Shown here piece after piece: positions 61,430 to 64,000 of a stretch of DNA of 64,000 nt. The stretch comes from Candidatus Fervidifonticultor sextus (GTDB taxonomy: Bacteria > Sysuimicrobiota > Sysuimicrobiia > Sysuimicrobiales > Humicultoraceae), in assembly GCA_031459875.1 (NCBI GenBank), contig JAVKHQ010000001.1, positions 1 through 64,000 on the forward strand, written 5' to 3'. The notes under the pieces are model-generated. The model saw nothing but the letters and a program-made list of their open reading frames with translations. It did not search any database and was not told the origin of the DNA. A program made the translations under genes and the position numbers. The first letter of the stretch is position 1; every line of letters starts with the position of its first letter.

Positions 61430-63994
61430 CTACGCCGACACCTGCTGGACCTCGTAGGCTTCGATCACGTCACGTTCTTTGATGTCATTGAACCGCTCCA
61501 GCGCGATCCCGCACTCGAACCCCTCGGCGACTTCGCGAACGTCCTCCTTGAACCTCCGCAGCGAGGCGATGCGGCCCTCGTAGACGACGGCGCCGTCGCG
61601 GATCAGCCGGGCCATGGCCCCGCGCACGATGCGGCCGCCGGTAACGTACGAACCCGCCACGGCGCCCAGCCGGGAGATCACAAACACCCGGCGCACCTCT
61701 GCCTGACCCAGCACGACCTCCTGCGTCTTGGGCGCCACCAGGCCCTTCTGGAGTTGCGCCAGGTCGTCCAGCACCTCGTAGATAATCCGGTGCAGCCGCA
61801 CGTCCACGCGCTCCGATTCGGCCACCTGGCGCACGTGCGCCTCCGGCCGCACGTTGAACCCGATCACGATCGCGCGGCTGGCCGCAGCCAGCATGATGTC
61901 CGACTCGGACACGTTGCCGACGCCAGCATGCAGGATCGAGATCTTCACCTCGGGCGTTGTCAGTTTCGGCAGTGCGCCAGTCAGCGCTTCGATGGAGCCA
62001 TGGGTGTCCGCCTTGAGGACCAGGCGCAGTTCCTTTGGCCCCTCCTCCCCCGCGGCTTCCACGCCGGCGGGGCGGGCTGCGGCCTGCTCGGCGGCCCGCC
62101 GCCGCTCCCGCCGCTCGTCTGCCACCGCCCGGGCCATCCGCTCGTCACGGACCACCTCGAGCAGGTCACCGGCGACCGGCACATCCACCAGGCCGAGGAC
62201 CTCCACGGGGACGGACGGGCCCGCCTGCACGCGGCGTTCGCCCCGGGCATCCATCATGGCCCGAACCCGGCCGTAGGTCTCGCCGGCGACTACCGCGTCG
62301 CCGACCCGCAGCGTCCCCTCCTGCACCAGGACGGTGGCGACGGGCCCCCGCCCGCGGTCCAGACGCGCCTCGATGATCGTCCCGCGCGCCGGCCGGTCCT
62401 CCTCTGCGCGCAGGTCCTGGAGGTCGGCGACCAGGAGGATCATCTCCAGCAGGTGCTCCAGCCCGGTCCGCTGCCTGGCCGAGACCGGCACCACGATGGT
62501 GTCTCCGCCCCACTCCTCGGGGACCAGGCCGAGGTCGGCCAGTTGCTGCTTGACCCGGTCAAGGTTGGCCTGGGGCAGGTCCACCTTGTTCAGGGCGACG
62601 ACGATGGGCACGCCCGCTGCGCGCGCGTGATTGACGGCCTCCACCGTCTGCGGCATGACGCCGTCGTCGGCGGCGACCACCAGCACCGCGATGTCGGTGA
62701 CCTGGGCGCCCCGCGCCCGCAGCGTGGTGAACGCCTCGTGGCCCGGGGTGTCGATGAAGACGATCTTCCGGCCCCCCCACTCCACCACCGAGGCGCCGAT
62801 GTGCTGGGTGATCCCGCCGACCTCGGCCTCGGCGACCCGGGTCTGGCGGATGGCGTCCAGCAGCGACGTCTTGCCGTGATCTACGTGCCCCATCACCGTG
62901 ACGACCGGCGGTCGGGGTGGCGCGCCGGCACCTGCGGCGACCGTCAGCCGCTCCATCTTCCGGGCCGGCGCCTCCGCCGCCTCCGACGGCATCCGACGGA
63001 CGACGGTGCCGAACGACTCCGCCACCGCGGCGGCCAACTCCAGCGGGACCTGCTGGTTGATGCCGGCCAGCACGCCCCTGTCCAGGAGCCGGCGGACGAC
63101 CTCGCCCGCCGGAGCCTGGAGGCGGGCGGCGAGCTCGCCCACCGCAATCGGACCGCTCAACTCGATCTCGCTGGCAACCTGGGGAGCCACCTCCACCGGT
63201 GCCGGTTCGGCCCGGCGCACCGCCGGCCGTCTTCGACGGATCGGCCGGAGGGTGGGCCGCCGGGGCTGGACCTGGGGCCGGCCCGCCGGCTTGCCCTCGG
63301 GCGCGCGGCGCCGCTCAGGGGGCTGGGCCCTGGGCGGGACCGGCTTCTCGGGCACTGGAAGGAGGGGCCCGGCGGGCGGGACGACCTCGCGCGGCACCTC
63401 CCGGGGGCCCTCGCGCCGCGGAGGCCGGACCGGCTCGATCCGGACCCCGGCGGGTTCCTCGGGCGCGGGGCGCGTGGGGGCGCGGGGCGCCTTGGGGACC
63501 TCGACGGGGGGTGCCGCAGGGGCTGCCGACGCTGCAGGCGCTGGAGCGGCCGGCGCCACTGGAGTTGGCGCGGCCTGGGCCGGTGCGGCCGGCCGGGGAA
63601 TCACCCGGGGCGGCGCGGCCTCGGCCGGCGCCGCTGGCGGTGCGGCCTGCAGCGAAGGGGCCGCGGTACCCGGCGCGGCGGGCGCCGGGACTTGGGCTGG
63701 AGGCGGCGGGATGAGGATCTTGCGCACGCCCAGGATCCGCTCGCCGGTGGGCGTCTTGGACTCGGGCCTGGGGGGCCCGGCCGGAGCCGGCGGGGGAGGC
63801 GGGGCGGGCGCTGGCGCAGCGGCGGCCTTCTTGCCCTTGGGCCGCGTGGCCACGATGTGCGCGCGCACACGCTCCTCCTGGACGACCGTCAGGCTGCTGC
63901 TGTGACTCTTCACCGGCACCTTGAGCGATGCCAGGACGTCCATCAGTTCCTTGGCGGTGAGCCCCAGTTCTTTCGCCAGTTCGTACACCCGCAT
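61430..63994 (-). CDS. infB: translation initiation factor IF-2
   Basis: [52 protein letters not shown]; Pro/Ala-rich N-terminal linker. Confidence 0.98.
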   Translation of the reverse strand: MRVYELAKELGLTAKELMDVLASLKVPVKSHSSSLTVVQEERVRAHIVATRPKGKKAAAAPAPAPPPPPAPAGPPRPESKTPTGERILGVRKILIPPPPAQVPAPAAPGTAAPSLQAAPPAAPAEAAPPRVIPRPAAPAQAAPTPVAPAAPAPAASAAPAAPPVEVPKAPRAPTRPAPEEPAGVRIEPVRPPRREGPREVPREVVPPAGPLLPVPEKPVPPRAQPPERRRAPEGKPAGRPQVQPRRPTLRPIRRRRPAVRRAEPAPVEVAPQVASEIELSGPIAVGELAARLQAPAGEVVRRLLDRGVLAGINQQVPLELAAAVAESFGTVVRRMPSEAAEAPARKMERLTVAAGAGAPPRPPVVTVMGHVDHGKTSLLDAIRQTRVAEAEVGGITQHIGASVVEWGGRKIVFIDTPGHEAFTTLRARGAQVTDIAVLVVAADDGVMPQTVEAVNHARAAGVPIVVALNKVDLPQANLDRVKQQLADLGLVPEEWGGDTIVVPVSARQRTGLEHLLEMILLVADLQDLRAEEDRPARGTIIEARLDRGRGPVATVLVQEGTLRVGDAVVAGETYGRVRAMMDARGERRVQAGPSVPVEVLGLVDVPVAGDLLEVVRDERMARAVADERRERRRAAEQAAARPAGVEAAGEEGPKELRLVLKADTHGSIEALTGALPKLTTPEVKISILHAGVGNVSESDIMLAAASRAIVIGFNVRPEAHVRQVAESERVDVRLHRIIYEVLDDLAQLQKGLVAPKTQEVVLGQAEVRRVFVISRLGAVAGSYVTGGRIVRGAMARLIRDGAVVYEGRIASLRRFKEDVREVAEGFECGIALERFNDIKERDVIEAYEVQQVSA

Positions 63995-64000
63995 CCAGCG

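Noticed and set aside
63150..63840. Pro/Ala-rich low-complexity repeats in the IF-2 N-terminus (also the SPOR and FtsK linkers)
   Set aside because: Typical disordered linkers of these families in high-GC bacteria, not DNA repeat elements

Overview
High-GC bacterial chromosome window of core genes. The Terrabacteria-type signals are a T-box leader, Gram-positive GAAC-N4-GTTY SOS boxes, RNase Y/YmdB and the DapL lysine route. The solute-binding protein has a plain signal peptide without a lipobox, suggesting a diderm; an Armatimonadota/CSP1-3-like host is an unverified inference. The window appears to span the replication terminus: a XerCD dif site lies at 7046-7073, and gene orientation flips from + (valS, SPOR protein, enoyl-CoA hydratase, thiolase, lexA) to almost entirely - beyond about 7.8 kb. 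The - strand block follows Bacillus-like order: infB-DUF503-rbfA-nrnA-truB-ribF-rpsO-pnp-M16 peptidase-dapB-asd-dapA-uppP-ftsK-(nucleoside ABC, MBL hydrolase, psuK, psuG)-rodZ-cinA-thpR-recA-recX-UvrD/nuclease-rmuC-rny-ymdB-PHP-Zn ribbon-selA-selB, then selC, rhodanese-yeeE-tusA, mutS-mutL-miaA-dapL-hflX. No mobile element, CRISPR array or rRNA was seen. The most interesting candidates are: an exported rhodanese/YeeE/TusA module near the selenocysteine genes; a LexA-controlled recA operon carrying a solo Fe-S helicase-nuclease and RmuC; a divergent PsuG in a nucleoside uptake and catabolism operon; a probable non-AUG start for a long HflX; and dif abutting the lexA control region.
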